In this document: in pieces, positions 12,861 through 26,800 of the stretch
Numbering within the stretch: the stretch's first letter is position 1
How the letters are laid out: each line of letters starts with the position of its first letter
DNA from: Epiperipatus broadwayi
Lineage: Eukaryota; Animalia; Onychophora
Length of the DNA stretch: 64,000 nt
Assembly: GCA_028023455.1 (NCBI GenBank)
Contig: JAQFVV010000003.1
Location: forward strand, 10,850,001 to 10,914,000
Direction of reading: 5' to 3'
Program-made: the position numbers and the translations under genes
The notes under the pieces: model-generated
Databases searched by the model: none
Told to the model about the DNA's origin: nothing
What the model saw: the letters and a program-made list of their open reading frames with translations, nothing else

Positions 12861-14149
12861 ATATATATTAATAAATTAACATTTAAATTACTATATTATA
12901 ATATTCTTTTAATGTTTTTATAATACATTTTTCTCATTGCTTTCCAGAATAATTATTATGTGAAAACTCAGAAACTAACATAACCAAACTAATGGTATTA
13001 TACCTCTACTTGTATATCATTTAAATTATCAAAATATGTAAGGATAACTACTGAAAAATAAAAGAGCAATATGCCTAAAAATTAACTGAAAGAAAGGCTA
13101 ACTTGAGAAATGTCAACTTAAGAAAATAAAATTCCAGATATAAATTTAATTCTATGTGTTATCTAATAATTTTTAGTATGTAAAAAATATAACAAAATTT
13201 TTATCAAAAGATATTGTTCTGGATTTGAAGATTTTTTTTTTTGTTAGACAGCAAATAATCACATTCAAAACAAACTATTTTATGATAATATTAAAATATA
13301 TATATATTAGAGGAAATATAATCAATTTGATTACAGCATGTGTTTCAACAGAACCACAACAAAATAAATTTCTTAGTATAATTGATATATCAGGAAACAT
13401 TTTGACATAACACTACCTTAATATTTGCTTATTTGTGATTTTATCGGTTGACTAACTCTATGGAAATTTAGTAAATTACCTCCAATTGAATAAAGCTGTA
13501 TAAAAATACACAATATGCATGAATGCGCACTTGACTGTCACTGACATATTAACTATAACTAATTATGTCAATAACAATACTATTTTAAACAAATAGTGAA
13601 AATAGAAAATATGCATACAAATTTTATTATGAATTTTAGAGAATCATATTCTTTCAGTATGATTTTTTTTTTAAAAAATATATAAAATCTAATATGCAAT
13701 CGAAACTAATTATTATATGCAGTGTTATTATATCTGAAGTCAATAAACACTTTTAATATGAATATTAATCCTTAACAATAAAAATAAAGGTAATAAGTAC
13801 ATATACCAAGATATATATTTTAATGATTTTGACTGATTACATGATAGTAGTAGCTTTCTTAACAAAGATTTTCAGTATCTATAAGATACAATAATTTTTA
13901 TACATTAGAAGTTAAGTAATAAATATAAGGCCAGAAGTTAATATTTCTTATTTTAATCTACTGTCAATTTTTATGTTTGGAGATGTGCAGTCACCTGTTT
14001 TTTGTTGAATTTCATAGTCTTACCACATTAACTAATCAAAATGCAACAGCAGAAATTAGATTATATGGCTAGACTATAAAGATTAATACTAATATAGTTT
14101 ACAATAGGGAATTGTATAGTCCCAGGATTTTTTATAGTAGTTTTATGGA

Positions 14150-14480
14150 AGTTAAAATAGGCAAAACTCTCCATACAGTAGTGCCATTCATTGCAAGCCA
14201 GAGTAATCAATGTATAGCTTGTGCATAAAATATCTAGTGCCTATTCATCCAATATCTCCAGACTAGTTTCTAATTTGTAGCTTTTGTCAGTGAGGAGTTT
14301 CAGATCCAAGGCTCCTCACTGATGAAAACCACAAGCTAGAAACTAGTCTGGGATATTGTATGAGTAGGCATATTTTCTGGCATCCATTGATTACTCTGGC
14401 TTGCACTGAGTGACACTACTGTATGAAGAGTTTTGCCTGTTTTAATAACAGTTATGAGCAAGCATAAGAAACATTGAGCA
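14150..14480. mobile_element. Family H hammerhead-bearing repeat, head-to-head pair of partial copies
   Basis: Left arm (minus) ~14155-14298 and right arm (plus) ~14300-14475. Hammerhead TCCTCA-CTGATGA-AAACCACAAGCTA-GAAAC-TAG-TC-TGGGA at 14313-14353. Confidence 0.85.
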
Positions 14481-14559
14481 GTTTGAAAGAGAGAGAGAGA
14501 GATGTTTTACAGGAAGTATTAGAAGAATTAAAGCGAAAAGCTAAGAGAGAATAAAAATG

Positions 14560-16210
14560 AACGAGATTATTTAAATTATCTATATTTTGTAAATGATATG
14601 ATCACTTCTGCAAATAATTTCATAGTTTCAGGAAATGTTATATGAGCTATCAAATAAAAGCAAAAAAGTAGAAGAAAAGATAAATTTCAAAGTGACTAAA
14701 ACAATGTTCAATGGCTTTTTGACAAAGAAAAAAATATTAATAATAATTAAAAAAAAAGTTAACACTTTTAAAAACTTTAATCCGATTATCAGAAAATGTA
14801 ATGAATAAAATTAATCATAATGTAATACTAAGATGGAATGATTTTTTGATAGAATATTAAAAGAAGACAGATAAATATGTTTGTTTTATCAGTGTTATTT
14901 ATGAATTTAAGACTCTGGTATTTAAAAGAAAAGCCATGCAAGTTTATAAGCAATACAGCAAATTACAGAGAGATGTAAACTGAGAATAAGAATGAATCAA
15001 AAGCAAAACATATAGGTGAAAGAACAACAAGTATTACTGAACCTTTGAAAAAATTAAGAAACTGAAATAAAGTTGAGCAGGATACATTATTAGAAGCAAT
15101 GACAATAGATAGACAATCAAAGTCTTAAACTGGATCTGAAACTATTATAAAGACCCATACCAAAAGAAGTTACAGAGAAAAAGCCTCCATTAAATATGAG
15201 TTTTCAATATGCTTTGGATTTATAGATTATGAAAAGCCATTTGTTTCATAAGTGTTTCCATACAACTTTGGATCAACAAGATAAAGACTTGGGATGTTCT
15301 TCTATTCTGAAAAATATTTATCAAAACATGAAAGCAGGGAGGAGATTAAATGATTGTATAATAAAGATTGTATGGCAGAATGATTGTCTATCTCCAAAAT
15401 TTTTACAGCAGTTTGACAAGAAACATTTTGTGAAAGCTGAAACAATAAATGTAAATAATTATTTAAGTTACCTAGATTTTGCAGATAATACAGCAAATAC
15501 TTCAGAAAATGCTGCCAGAGTTATCAGATGAAAGTTAAAAAATAAAAATAAATGCTAAAGCATGACTAAAATAAAGTTTAGTGAATTTTCTCAAAAGAAA
15601 AAATAAAATTTAATAATCGTGAATCAGAAGAAGTTAACAACTACACATTACCTTGATTGGATTATTATACAGATAAAATAATAATGGATAAAATATTAAT
15701 TATGAATTAAAATTGAATGGAGTGCTTTTAAAATAAGTTAATATTAAAACTGAAATATGCCTATGTGTTTGATAAAAAAAGGATTTTAATACATGTGTTT
15801 TACCAATTCTTACTTATGAATCTGAGACTTGAATACTTAGTAGAAGATCAATACAGAGATTTCAAATAACTCAACAAAATATGGAAAGATGTATGTAAGG
15901 ACTAACAAGAAGAAATCATAATCAAAGTATATGGCTGAGAAAATGATGTCATGTACACCATTGAAAGAATTAAAAGACTGAAATGGAGTTGGTTGTGATA
16001 TATTGCTAAAAGAGATGATGGTTGGTTGAACTTTTGAATTAAATCCCAAGAGATTTAAAAGACTTAGAAAGAGAGCACATGTGAGACGGATGAAATAAAG
16101 AAGTTTGCTGGTGAGGCATGGAGAAGAAAGGCTAGGGATTGGAAAAACTGGATTTAACTTGGATATGCCTCCTGCATTCGAAAATGATTGAAAATAATAA
16201 TAATAAGAAT
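14560..16210 (+). mobile_element. RTE-clade LINE remnants (rearranged RT and C-terminal pieces)
   Basis: FQEMLYELSNKSKK; ORF 15229-15531 (YLDFADNT); LTYESET; RLKWSW; AAT-type tail near 16195-16215. Confidence 0.7.
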
Positions 16211-16383
16211 AATGAATGTAAAGAGTTCAACAAACTGATTAATTCTAAATATTAAAAAGTTAAAATAAATTATATTAAGGGTAGGGTAAGCATATTATTC
16301 TAACATCCTAGTGATCATTATTTTTATCTATCTTCAGGCAATAAACTCACACATTTTATAATCTAATTCAAAGACGCTTTCTT

Positions 16384-16386
16384 TTT

Positions 16387-16418
<32 letters not shown>

Positions 16419-16420
16419 TC
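16384..16420. repeat. (TTTC)n microsatellite
   Basis: Direct reading. Confidence 0.9.
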
Positions 16421-17571
16421 GTCCTTTCTTTTTTAATGATAAAAATTCTGAAATTCTTTTTTTTTTTTTAATGCATTTATTTTTCTCTAGTTCTTTTCCT
16501 TAAACATGTTTAATCTTATAATCCACAGAAAAGTAAACAGAATTTTTTTTAAAAAAAGAGAGTAGTAAACATGATATAGAAATTATCTTAGAAAAAAAAT
16601 GAATTGAATTATTAAAAAAATTCTTTAAAGATAAAATAAAAACTAAGAAACACAACTATTAAAGGTGCATATAAAATAATCTGTTAAGAAATATTTTTTT
16701 ATCAAAATGACTTACTCAATTTTCAAATTGAAAATAAATCATGCAAAAGATAAAGATTATACATACTACATCACAAAATTAATTTATATTTCCCTTTACT
16801 TATTTAATTAAAAAAAATAAATAAAAGAAAAATAAATGAATTCAATATTTTACCATTAAAATGCGATTATTTCAACTGCTAAAAACCAATGCTTCATTTT
16901 TATGTTATTTACTATTAATTTTATTCAGAACAGAATTTTACACAAACAATTAACAAGATTATACTAGATCTAAGATTCAACGACTGATAATGCCTTATAA
17001 TGTCATTGAAATGATATGAGGCATATCTTCGATTCCAGATTGAACTGAAAATTATTTCAAGAAGCTAAGATTTTTCCAGACAAACCCAAATTTTTTCAGA
17101 TGGCCAGTCTGCAGCCGATTTAGTCATCAAATTACTAATGGGTAAATGAATTTCCAACTATTCTTAACTGGAGAATAAAACCCCAAAATAATCAAAATTG
17201 ATCAGATAGATTTCAATGCAGCAATTCTACATCACAAAATATGATTGTATAATGCAACTTTCACCAAAAGTGGAAATGTCATACACCTACAAATCCTAAC
17301 TCCAATGTTTATTTTTAAATGCTTATGTAAATAAAGAGATCTTTTTTGTGTGTTTTACCTTCTAGTTAATAATAACACATTTATTGATCAATAAGTGAAT
17401 GCCTAAATGGATTTTCTATAGAATGCTTACTTGAAAAAATTCTAAATTCATTTGGAAATCCTCAGGCAAATGAAACATTTTCCAAATTCCATTTCAAACA
17501 CCAGGTTATGAATATTGTGCAAGTATATGTACTAATGACTAAATCATTTTATGTCATTATAATCAGTTCAT

Positions 17572-17740
17572 ACATTCTACTCCAACTCTAATTCTTCTTT
17601 TAAACAGAGAACATAGAAAATGTATACAAACAAGTGGGAGTCTATACTCTTATGGCTTACATTCTATTCTAATTCTTCTTTTAAATAAGAAACATAAAAT
17701 ATATATATAACCAAGTGGGAGTCTACACTCTTAGGGCTTA
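17572..17740. repeat. Two ~80-bp tandem direct repeats
   Basis: CATTCTA..TCTAATTCTTCTTTTAAA..CAAGTGGGAGTCTA(T/C)ACTCTTA(T/G)GGCTTA occurs twice. Confidence 0.8.
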
Positions 17741-17817
17741 ATAATAGTTTAAATACTTGGGTTTATGACTCATGACAAATATCCTACCATTAACATTCTC
17801 AATTGCTATTTATTTAG

Positions 17818-17894
17818 GTGCCAACAGATTACAAAGGAGGCTGAAATTTCAAGAATAGGGCTTGATCCTATTTTTCATATTCAGTCTTCATATT
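17818..17894 (+). CDS. Candidate 77-nt internal exon (CQQITKEAEISRIGLDPIFHIQSSY)
   Basis: Acceptor tttatttag and donor gtaagg. One open frame. No homolog recognised. Confidence 0.35.
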
Positions 17895-19019
17895 GTAAGG
17901 ATTTTATTAAGTCTATGTTTTATTGATTGACTACATTTATAATCTACAACACTCATTCACTGTTCTCACATGTCCATTTCCTTACCCTACTATGTATATC
18001 TCCTTTCTATTCGATCAATCAATAACTTTTTTTTAAAATTTATAATTAAATCAGAGTTTCACAAGTTTCTTGAAATTACTAATAAAATGATGGCTCTCCA
18101 TTATTCTATAATCTAACTCTAAATTTGAAAAACAAATTGTCACTGATGATAATTGTGTGGTACTGTTATATTACTAGATAGTGCTTTAGGATCAAAATAT
18201 TGAAAAAATTAATCCATAAGAAATTAAATTTCTTATTTGTCTTAACAAAAAAAAAAAAATGCAAACAAAAAAAAATTACAACAACTTAAATGACAGCAAT
18301 ATGTATAGTACATGTAATTGATTATGCTGCAACATTAAAAATACCTACTATCTTATTAGTAATTTCAAACTTTAAAAAAATACGTTTTTTTTCAAAGAGT
18401 AATTGAAAATATTCAATACAAAATATGAATGAAGATTTATTCAATGCGTTCCTGACTGATATAAAAATTACATTTAGAAGATAAAATTATTACTAATTTC
18501 AAATTCTATTTCAAACGCTTACTATTGTCATTTGGTTTATTATAAATTATCTTTTTTTTTTTTACTGTTGACATTTTTGGGGATCAAATACATATACACA
18601 TTTTTTTTTTATGGATTACTTTTTTCACTCTTTTAGTTAACACATTTATTGTCTTCAGTTATTTTTCAGGAATTATTTTTTATACAGCTATACTTGTTAG
18701 AGGGCTCTTTGGTAAATTCAATAATAAAAAAATTCTAGTTAAAATAAACTAAATATTGTGTTATGCTGCTACTGCAATATTTTGGGTTAGGAGGAGGTAC
18801 CCTAAGTATCCAGTTAACACATATAGATTTTTGCATTTTGTGAATAAATTTATGTAAATTCTTTAAACATTAATTATACTTTTACTCATTAGATGGAGTT
18901 TCTTACATTTTTTTTAAAAAAACACACAATGGTCTAGTAGAAAAGTTTTTAATATAAAGAAGCTCCAGAATACAAGCCATTTTTAGATATCTGCTGAAAA
19001 ATTAACTAAACCTATAGAT

Positions 19020-19442
19020 CAGGGGTCCCCAACCTTTTTGCACTTAAGAGCACATTCTATAATACTAGCCAGGTGGCAGGCACTATTTATTTTTTCAACC
19101 AGATAGCGGGCACCATTTATTTTTTTCAACCAGATAACGGGCACCATTTATTTTTTCAATGTAAATTTATAGTTGGACATTGTTAATAATACACATAATG
19201 TACAAAAAAATATTTATTTCAAAAATAAAATTTTAACATATAATTAAAATTTATATGCTGTAAAAGTATAGTATGCTCTACAATTTGACTACAATATAAT
19301 ACAATAATTTATAAGAAATTTTGAAAATCAAATTTATTTGTATCAGATAAATAATTTTTTATAATGTTTGGATAGCGGCAGGCACACGTAAAATGGTCTG
19401 CGGGCGCCATGGTGCCCGTGGGCATAGGGTTGGGGACCCCTG
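19020..19442. mobile_element. hAT (Charlie-type) MITE, 423 bp
   Basis: 15-bp TIRs CAGGGGTCCCCAACC / GGTTGGGGACCCCTG. Perfect 8-bp TSD CTATAGAT (19012-19019 and 19443-19450). Three internal ~29-bp repeats GGCACCATTTATTTTTTCAA. Confidence 0.95.
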
Positions 19443-19744
19443 CTATAGATGAATTTTATTTGTAATTAAAATGTTATAGATATAATTTTTAATAATTATA
19501 CTAGTTTTAGATTTAAAATGTTTTTTATATGTAATCTTATAGTATTACTTCATGAAGACTTTTTCTTAAAGATATTTAAAAAATATTTGACTATATCATT
19601 TTAATTTCTTTATTTATTTTAAAAAATGCAAATATATATTAACTGAAAAATTGCAATAAAATATACATAAATATTTTATTTTATTATTGAAAAGCTATAT
19701 ATAATTAAAAAAAAAGAATATACCCCTCCCCCTTCACAATTTTT

Positions 19745-19800
19745 TGATGAGATAGTGTGGATGGTTGGTGGGTGCTTGAAAGTCTGAGTTCAAATCACCT
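19745..19800 (+). mobile_element. Fragment of the tRNA-like short element found as a palindrome at 44052-44267
   Basis: ATGAGATAGTGTGGAT...GCTTGAAAGTCTGAGTTCAAATC matches 44209-44256. Confidence 0.7.
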
Positions 19801-20249
19801 AAATAAAATTTAAAAAAATACATAACTAAAGAGGTTTAATTTTTTATGGATTAATTTCCTCATTGCTTTGATTGCAAAGGCTAAAGTAACCAGACCTACA
19901 GCATTATGATGCATTTCAACATTTTCATGTCATATACAGCATTAAAGAGTATACAACAAATAGTACAAAAATTGATAATATAAGATATAAAACAACATTA
20001 ATAAAATACACTAAATGCAAATTTCTTATACCAAGTAGAGCAAATACTTTAAATCAGCAGTTATCAATCTTGGATGTCTGTTATATCCCCTGGAGATACA
20101 TGAAATTTTATCTTGGGAGTACAATGAATAGTAAGAAAATATGTACATTATGCTATTAATATATTCCAAAAATAGTTATGATATCAATGTTTCAGACTAT
20201 TCCATGTTGGTACTATCTGTCAGTCACACCAGCAACATTTCAGGTCTCT

Positions 20250-20735
20250 TTTTGGACAAAAACACTCTGAGATTATATAGACTTTTTCTCACTGCAGAGT
20301 CTGATAACTCAAAATGCCCAGTTAAGATTCATGATAGCAAGTGAAATTTCCAGATAGTAGAGGAAATCAAGTAAAATCTGGCAAGAATTAGTTTCCAGTT
20401 AGATGAATCAAATGATATCTTTAACTGTGCACAACTTCTTGTTTTTACTAGTAAAATACATCAGAATGAAATAAAAGAGGAATTTACTTTTTTGTAAACC
20501 CTTGAAAGAAATAACAAAAGCAGTGAATATTATGAATTTGGTGAATAATTTTTTTGATTCAAATAGCATTTCATGGGAATTAGTACAATCTATTTGTACT
20601 TATGGTTCTCCTGTCATGCTTTTATGAAAACTTAATTACTGTCTATTTCTTATTATAATGAATAGGAAGTACTGGATAATTTATTATAAGCCAAGGGGGT
20701 ACAGGAACCAAAAAGATTAGGAACCACAGTTCTAA
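20250..20735 (+). mobile_element. hAT-Charlie (ZBED5/FAM200-like) transposase remnant
   Basis: FQLDESNDIFNCAQLLVF...IKEEFTFCKPLKE..NFFDSNSISWELVQSICTYGSPVML (about 20395-20625) resembles the QLDEST..QLLVF..EEFLFCKPL..CTDGAPAM block. Degenerate TIR-like end AAAAGATTAGGAACCACAG near 20712-20730. Confidence 0.8.
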
Positions 20736-21520
20736 ATGATAACATTCACAAGTCATTTCTTTTTGTCTTATGATTAGTGCAAATTTAAACTCCACAACTC
20801 CTATAATTCTTCAACAACAATCTATAATATTAAATTTGTACATTATCTGTGGTATATTATTTAATGATGATACACAATGACATGGAACACTAAGTTTAAT
20901 CACTTATAAGTCAGATATTACAATTATAAGTAAAATAGTGATTGATAGAAGTGCTTATATCAATTACAATTGTATAGGTATGATTTGCACTAAAGACACA
21001 TAAAAACACAAAGCTGCCTTTTTAAAATTCTTTATATATTAAAATAATAATGCAAGTGTGACTGAGTGCTTTCAAGAGATACAGCCCTCATAGTCATAGC
21101 CATATTGTAACTAATAAAACTAGTAATGCAAATTTATGCAAATGAGTTTATGTATTCCATTTCTTAGATATATTATAGCATGTGTCTTTTCTGTGGTCTT
21201 TAGTGCAAATAAATACATATATAATATTTAATCGCAAAGTTTAAACATATCACTTATTACAATTGTATAGGAAAAGCAAACCGATGTATATAGAAGTAAA
21301 ATAATAATAACATTTAATCTACTGCAATTTTACACTTCTTTTTGCACTTTAAATAAAATAAAAATATTAATGAATAATATTACATTAATTAATATATAAT
21401 ATAATCATTATTATTCAATAAATTTGTTGCATTAAATTTTAATAATGCTTGTAACAAAACAACAGATTTGTAAATTTACAAAAGTATTGTAAAAAGGAGT
21501 TGCCATATTTGTCTCTTTTT

Positions 21521-21523
21521 TAA

Positions 21524-21599
<76 letters not shown>
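21521..21599. repeat. Compound inverted microsatellite (TAA)n-(TAT)n
   Basis: About 9 TAA units followed directly by about 17 TAT units; self-complementary. Confidence 0.9.
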
Positions 21600-23560
21600 G
21601 AAAATGCAATAAAAATGATTGTCAAAGATGAGGAATATATTAAATAGTTCTGATAAGTGTAGGTATAGGATTAAAGAAGGATTCTTAAAAACAGCAAAAA
21701 TTGAAATAGGTATTATTTGGTTTAAAAAAGCTAAACAACCTTGGATAACTGAAGGAATGTTGGAAAAATGGAAGTACTGAGAAGATGGAAGAATGTAAAT
21801 ACTAAGGAAGGGCAAAGTGCATATAGATAAATTAATAATGAGCTAAGAAGATGAACAAATTTAGCAAAAAAAAATGGTTGGAGTAAGAATGTAGAGAGAT
21901 AGAAATGCTTCAACAGGTGAAAAGGTATGATATGGTTTTTGATAAAATTAGGAATACCACTTGGAAGAAAAAAAACATGGATAGCAAGTGAGATTGCAGA
22001 TAAAAATAGAAAAAGATTAACAGATAGAAATGATATATTAAAAAGATAGAATATATTGAGTGTCTATTTAGAAGAGAAAACAATTAATTATGAAATTGAA
22101 AATGAAAAAAAAATGTTAAAGATGATAAAGGGGAACAAATTGCCAGGTAAAATAATAAAGTCAATTGCACAAATGAAGAATGGTAAGGCTGTGGGATTTG
22201 ATGTAATATCTATAAAATGTTTGCAAAAAAATGGAAGAATTTACTATGAAGGAAATAATTGGACTTTGCAATTTGATATATAATAGTGAAGTTTCACCTT
22301 TTGGCCTGAAGATTTTTAAAGAACTATAATGATTCCAAATGCTGAAAAAAAAAAGCTGTTAAATGTTCATGAAGAGTACAGGGCAATAAATTTGTTTTCT
22401 CATGCTTCTAAAGTTTTATTGAGGATTTTAAGTCAAAGAATTTATGGGAAAGTACAGTATTACATTGGAGAAGAACAGTTTGGTGTTCAGAGAGGAAAAG
22501 TACAAGAGATGCTATTGGTGTTGTTAGAACAATTGCAGAGATATATATTAAAAAAGATAAAAGAATTTATATATGTTTTGTGAATTTGGAAAAAGCATTT
22601 ATAAAGTAATCGGGAATAAATGTATGACCATCTTAAAAATGAAGAGTATTTTGAAAAGAGAGAAGATTGATTTGGAATATGTACAAGATAACAATTAGAT
22701 TGTGGAATAATGAGACTGCTGAAATGAATTTAAAAAAAGGAGTTAGGCAAAAATGCAGCATGTCACCTGTTATTTTTAATATTTATTTAGAAGACATAGA
22801 CTGTGGAGGAACAAATATTGGAGGTAGAATAATAAAATATCTAAAATTTGCAAATAATATGACTCTTATACCTGAGAATAAAAACTGCCTTCAAAACATA
22901 TTAAATAAATTGGAGGACAGATATATGGAATTGGAATGAAGATTAATGTTGAGAAAACTTAGTGTTTATGGATAGCAAAGAAAGCAAAAAGACTGCAAAT
23001 TGAAATTCATGATAACATAATTTAACAGGTAATGGGATTTAAATATTTAAATAGCTGGTTGAGTGAGGATGGAAAAAGTGATGATGAAGTTAAAGAAGAA
23101 AGTATTGGCAAAAGAGATATTGTTAAGAGAAAGAAAATATTCTGTGGACTTTTGAAGAGAGAATTAAGAAAAAGATTACTTAAATGCTATATGTGGAATG
23201 TACTATTATATGGCTGTGAAACTTGGACAATGAGTAATAATATTAGAAACATATTGGAAGCCTTTGAGATGTGAACATGGAGAGGAATAGAAAATATCAA
23301 TTTGATAAATAAAATAAATGAAGTTTTGAAAAAAATAAATGAAAAAAGATTAATTGAAAAAAACAAAAAGAGAAATTGGATTGGGCATATATTAAGAAAA
23401 AAATATGGTTTAATAAAAGATGTTTCAGAGGAAATAGTGAGTGGAAGTAAGAAGAAAGGATGGAAAAGTAGAGTTAAGTGGAATTGAAGAGCTGTGCAAT
23501 GAAGAGAATGGAATGGGAAAAAATGGATGAATTGATAATGTGCCTATTCTCTGGACCTGT
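21600..23560 (+). mobile_element. RTE-clade LINE, decayed RT and C-terminus
   Basis: GKAVGFDVI, YRAINLFSHASKVLLRIL, EEQFG, GVRQKCSMSPVIFNIYL, KFANNM, FKYL and LLYGCETW (ORFs 22056-23487). Confidence 0.85.
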
Positions 23561-23869
23561 CCATGGGACAGAATACTATCGATTGATTATTGTAGTAATA
23601 AAACTGTATGCAAATTCATACATAGTAATGGAACTACATACACTGGTTAATAAACACAGGGGTATATATAGTCATCAAATGAAATATACATATAATGGTC
23701 ACTCTTAAAATAGTATGGCCAGTCCAAATCCAATAAGAAAAAACTGTTCTAGAACGGAGGTTTGGAATTACTATGCATACCAATCTGTAAACAAAAAAAA
23801 TGTCCACATATAGAACCTGCTGGGTCATTTCTGTGTTGGTTTGATATTTTGCAATACTGTCATTCAATT

Positions 23870-26800
23870 CCTTCAGCCGAAAACCTTTCTTTCTGAAATA
23901 TTACTATGATTAATTGTAATTTATTTTGTGCGATATTTTCCCAATGGAAGCTATCAACTTTGCACCTCTTCAGAATAACTTTGAAATAATAATTATAACA
24001 TAAATGAGTCTACCTCTCACATGCTCAAGTTCCCCATAAATCACTCTTTTAGGAATGCTTGCATTATTACCTCATTTTACATGTCCAACCCAATGAAAGT
24101 ATGGTTTTACAATGATAGACACTATAGTACCCTATCAGCAAGTTAAATAACATATTGATTGGTTTTATGAGCTTGATATTGTATTTTTAAATTTTTACAG
24201 AGCATCCTTAAATATAACTTTTCTAATGGCTTTATATTGCACTGATATAGTGTCCAAATATCACTTCCATATAATAAATTAGGTAAAATAATACCTCTCT
24301 ATGCTTCTATCTTAGTTGCACTAGTTATTTTCTTGTGATGAAATACTCTATCTTTTAACTTCTTAAAAGCAGCATTACCTTAGAATCTATATTGTACCTC
24401 AACATTTAAGTCCACTTTTCTAAAAATACTATGGTATTTAAACTGATTTGTATTCCCAAGTTGATAAACATTCAAACTGAAAGTTAGCAGAAATTTTTTC
24501 ATCCATCAGTACTGATTAAAAAAACTTTTTTGAACATTAATTATTAAATCAAAGTCTTTAAATGTTGCATTCAAAACAAAGTACATTCTGTGAATCCTCT
24601 TTTGAATTGGCAAATATAGCATAATTATCAGCATACTATAATAAATTCAGAATCTAAGAAGATGATATTCTTGTTTTTGAAAATTCCATCACTAAACCTG
24701 TACTGTAACTTGATCCCTGTTTAATAAGCTGTTTATAAATAATTTCAAAAACAACTAATAACATCCTTGTTTAACACCAGTTTTAATTTCAAATACTTTG
24801 GATTATTTACTTGCAGTAATAGCAGTTTCTCTCACTCTACCATATAGAATCAGTTAATATGAATAAATTTTGGTAGATTATCAATTAATTTCAAATAATC
24901 CCATAAACCTGTTTGATTAACTGTATCAACTGTCTTGACAAATCAATAAATAAAGCACTATTTTTGTTGATATTTTTCATGCATTTATCTGGCAACAAAA
25001 ACCATATGTATTGTGCTTCTTAATTCATTAAAACCACATTGAGTCTCTGATAACTATTAATCTATGATTGGCTACTATCTATTCAACAAAATTCTTCAAA
25101 TCACTTATGCTGAGATGGATAATAATGATATTCCATAATAATTACTGGAACTTATCTATTCCTTTTATTTTTAAAAATTGTAAAAAATAGAGTATTTTTA
25201 AGAAAATATGGCACCACTTCATAGGCCCATTTAAAGTTAACACATCACCACCACATTTTAAAACATCTTTAGATATTTCATTAGAACTAGTCTTTTCAAT
25301 TTTAAGATTATGAAGAGCAGCAATTTCAACTTCACTAAGTTGGTTATCTTTGTTCAAATCTAAATAATTAGATAAAATGGATATATCATTAAAACTGTCT
25401 TGTATCATCACTCAAATGGTGATCAAAAAAACTCCTACTGATAAGCAATTCTGACTTCACTAAGTTGTTTATCTTTGTTCAAATCTAAATAAGTAGATAA
25501 AATGGATATATCAGTAAAAATGTCTTGTATCATTACTCAAATGGTGATAAAAAAAACTCCTACTTGTTTAAAATATTATTGCCATTATATAAGAGAATTC
25601 CAGTACTAGGTTTCGTAGAACTGCAATACTATTTCTCAGTTTCATATGTTGCTTTCAATACACCAGAAAAGACCTACAGAAACCACAATGAGCAAATATC
25701 TATCTTCTTTGCAGTTTTAATTTTCCAATAGTTCTTTTTAAGTCTTTTTGACAGATAACGAATTTCTGCATTCAGATCCTATATTTATTATAATTCTGCC
25801 AAAATAAAAAAATGCTATATGATCTTTTTTATCAAAAATCAGTCATGATTTTTCATTTTAATGAGTGCAAAAATAGATTTAAATTTATCTATAATACTTG
25901 CCTTAAGAAAATTCTGTGCTTCAGTAATTTGATAATTTGTTAGATCCAAATTAGCAATTGTAGTGTTTAATAACTACTGAAATTTGTTACATCTAGTAGA
26001 TATTTCTAAAAAATTAATATCAATTTTCTTGTAAATATGATGGGAATAAGAATTGTTTTTTAATATATCTATTATTTTATTCTTGGAGAGCACTAATCTA
26101 TGATCCATCCAACATTCTGCACTTGAGTTCATAATTATAATGTAATCTATTACATGCCATTGTTTTGAGCATGGATGAATCCATGTTTCTTTATGATGTT
26201 TTTTATCATGAAACAAAATATTTGTGATGATCACTTCAACTATTATGCAGAAACTCCAATAACAAAAAATCATTTGAATTTACAGCAGCAATATCATTAT
26301 TTTCAATAATTTTTGCTAAAGTCTATTATTTGTACCAATTAATGCATTAAAGTCTTTGAGAAGAAAAATTCAATTTTTTAATAATCTTGTTATATTCATG
26401 CTATCTAGCAAAAAAACAAAAAAAAAAACTCTTTTTCTGAATTCTCTGAATTTAAGGCATTAATTAAATGAAATTAGTACCATTGTGCAAAACAAGTTTT
26501 CACACTACAACTCTTTCATTTACAATGAGAAATTCTAACCGTAGAAAATACTAAATTTGACTTTACAGTAAATAAAAAAAAACATACTTTTTCCTTTCAT
26601 TAACTAATCTGCCTTTCCAAAAAAAAAACAAAAAAAAAACTTATAGCCATATAAGTATTCTATGAATATTCCTTTTTGTTTGACAGATGAGTTCACTAAG
26701 ACCAGCTATATTGATCTTAAACCTTGGCAGTTTCTTAGCCACCAATACAGTCCTCCTTTCCATTCTTGAAGAGTTTGTATCAAGTTTATATATTCCATGT
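23870..26800 (-). mobile_element. RTE-clade LINE (BovB-like APE start), decayed, with an internal ~120-bp duplication (25330-25560)
   Basis: MERRTVLVAKKLPRFKINIAGLSEL (about 26690-26770); TWIHPCSKQWHVIDY..ECWMDHRLV (25974-26273); YADNY-like motif near 24620; IPKRVIYGELEH near 24025-24060. Confidence 0.8.

Noticed and set aside
21432-21815. 127-aa ORF with poly-N/poly-I
   Set aside because: It is a translation of the (TAA)n(TAT)n microsatellite.
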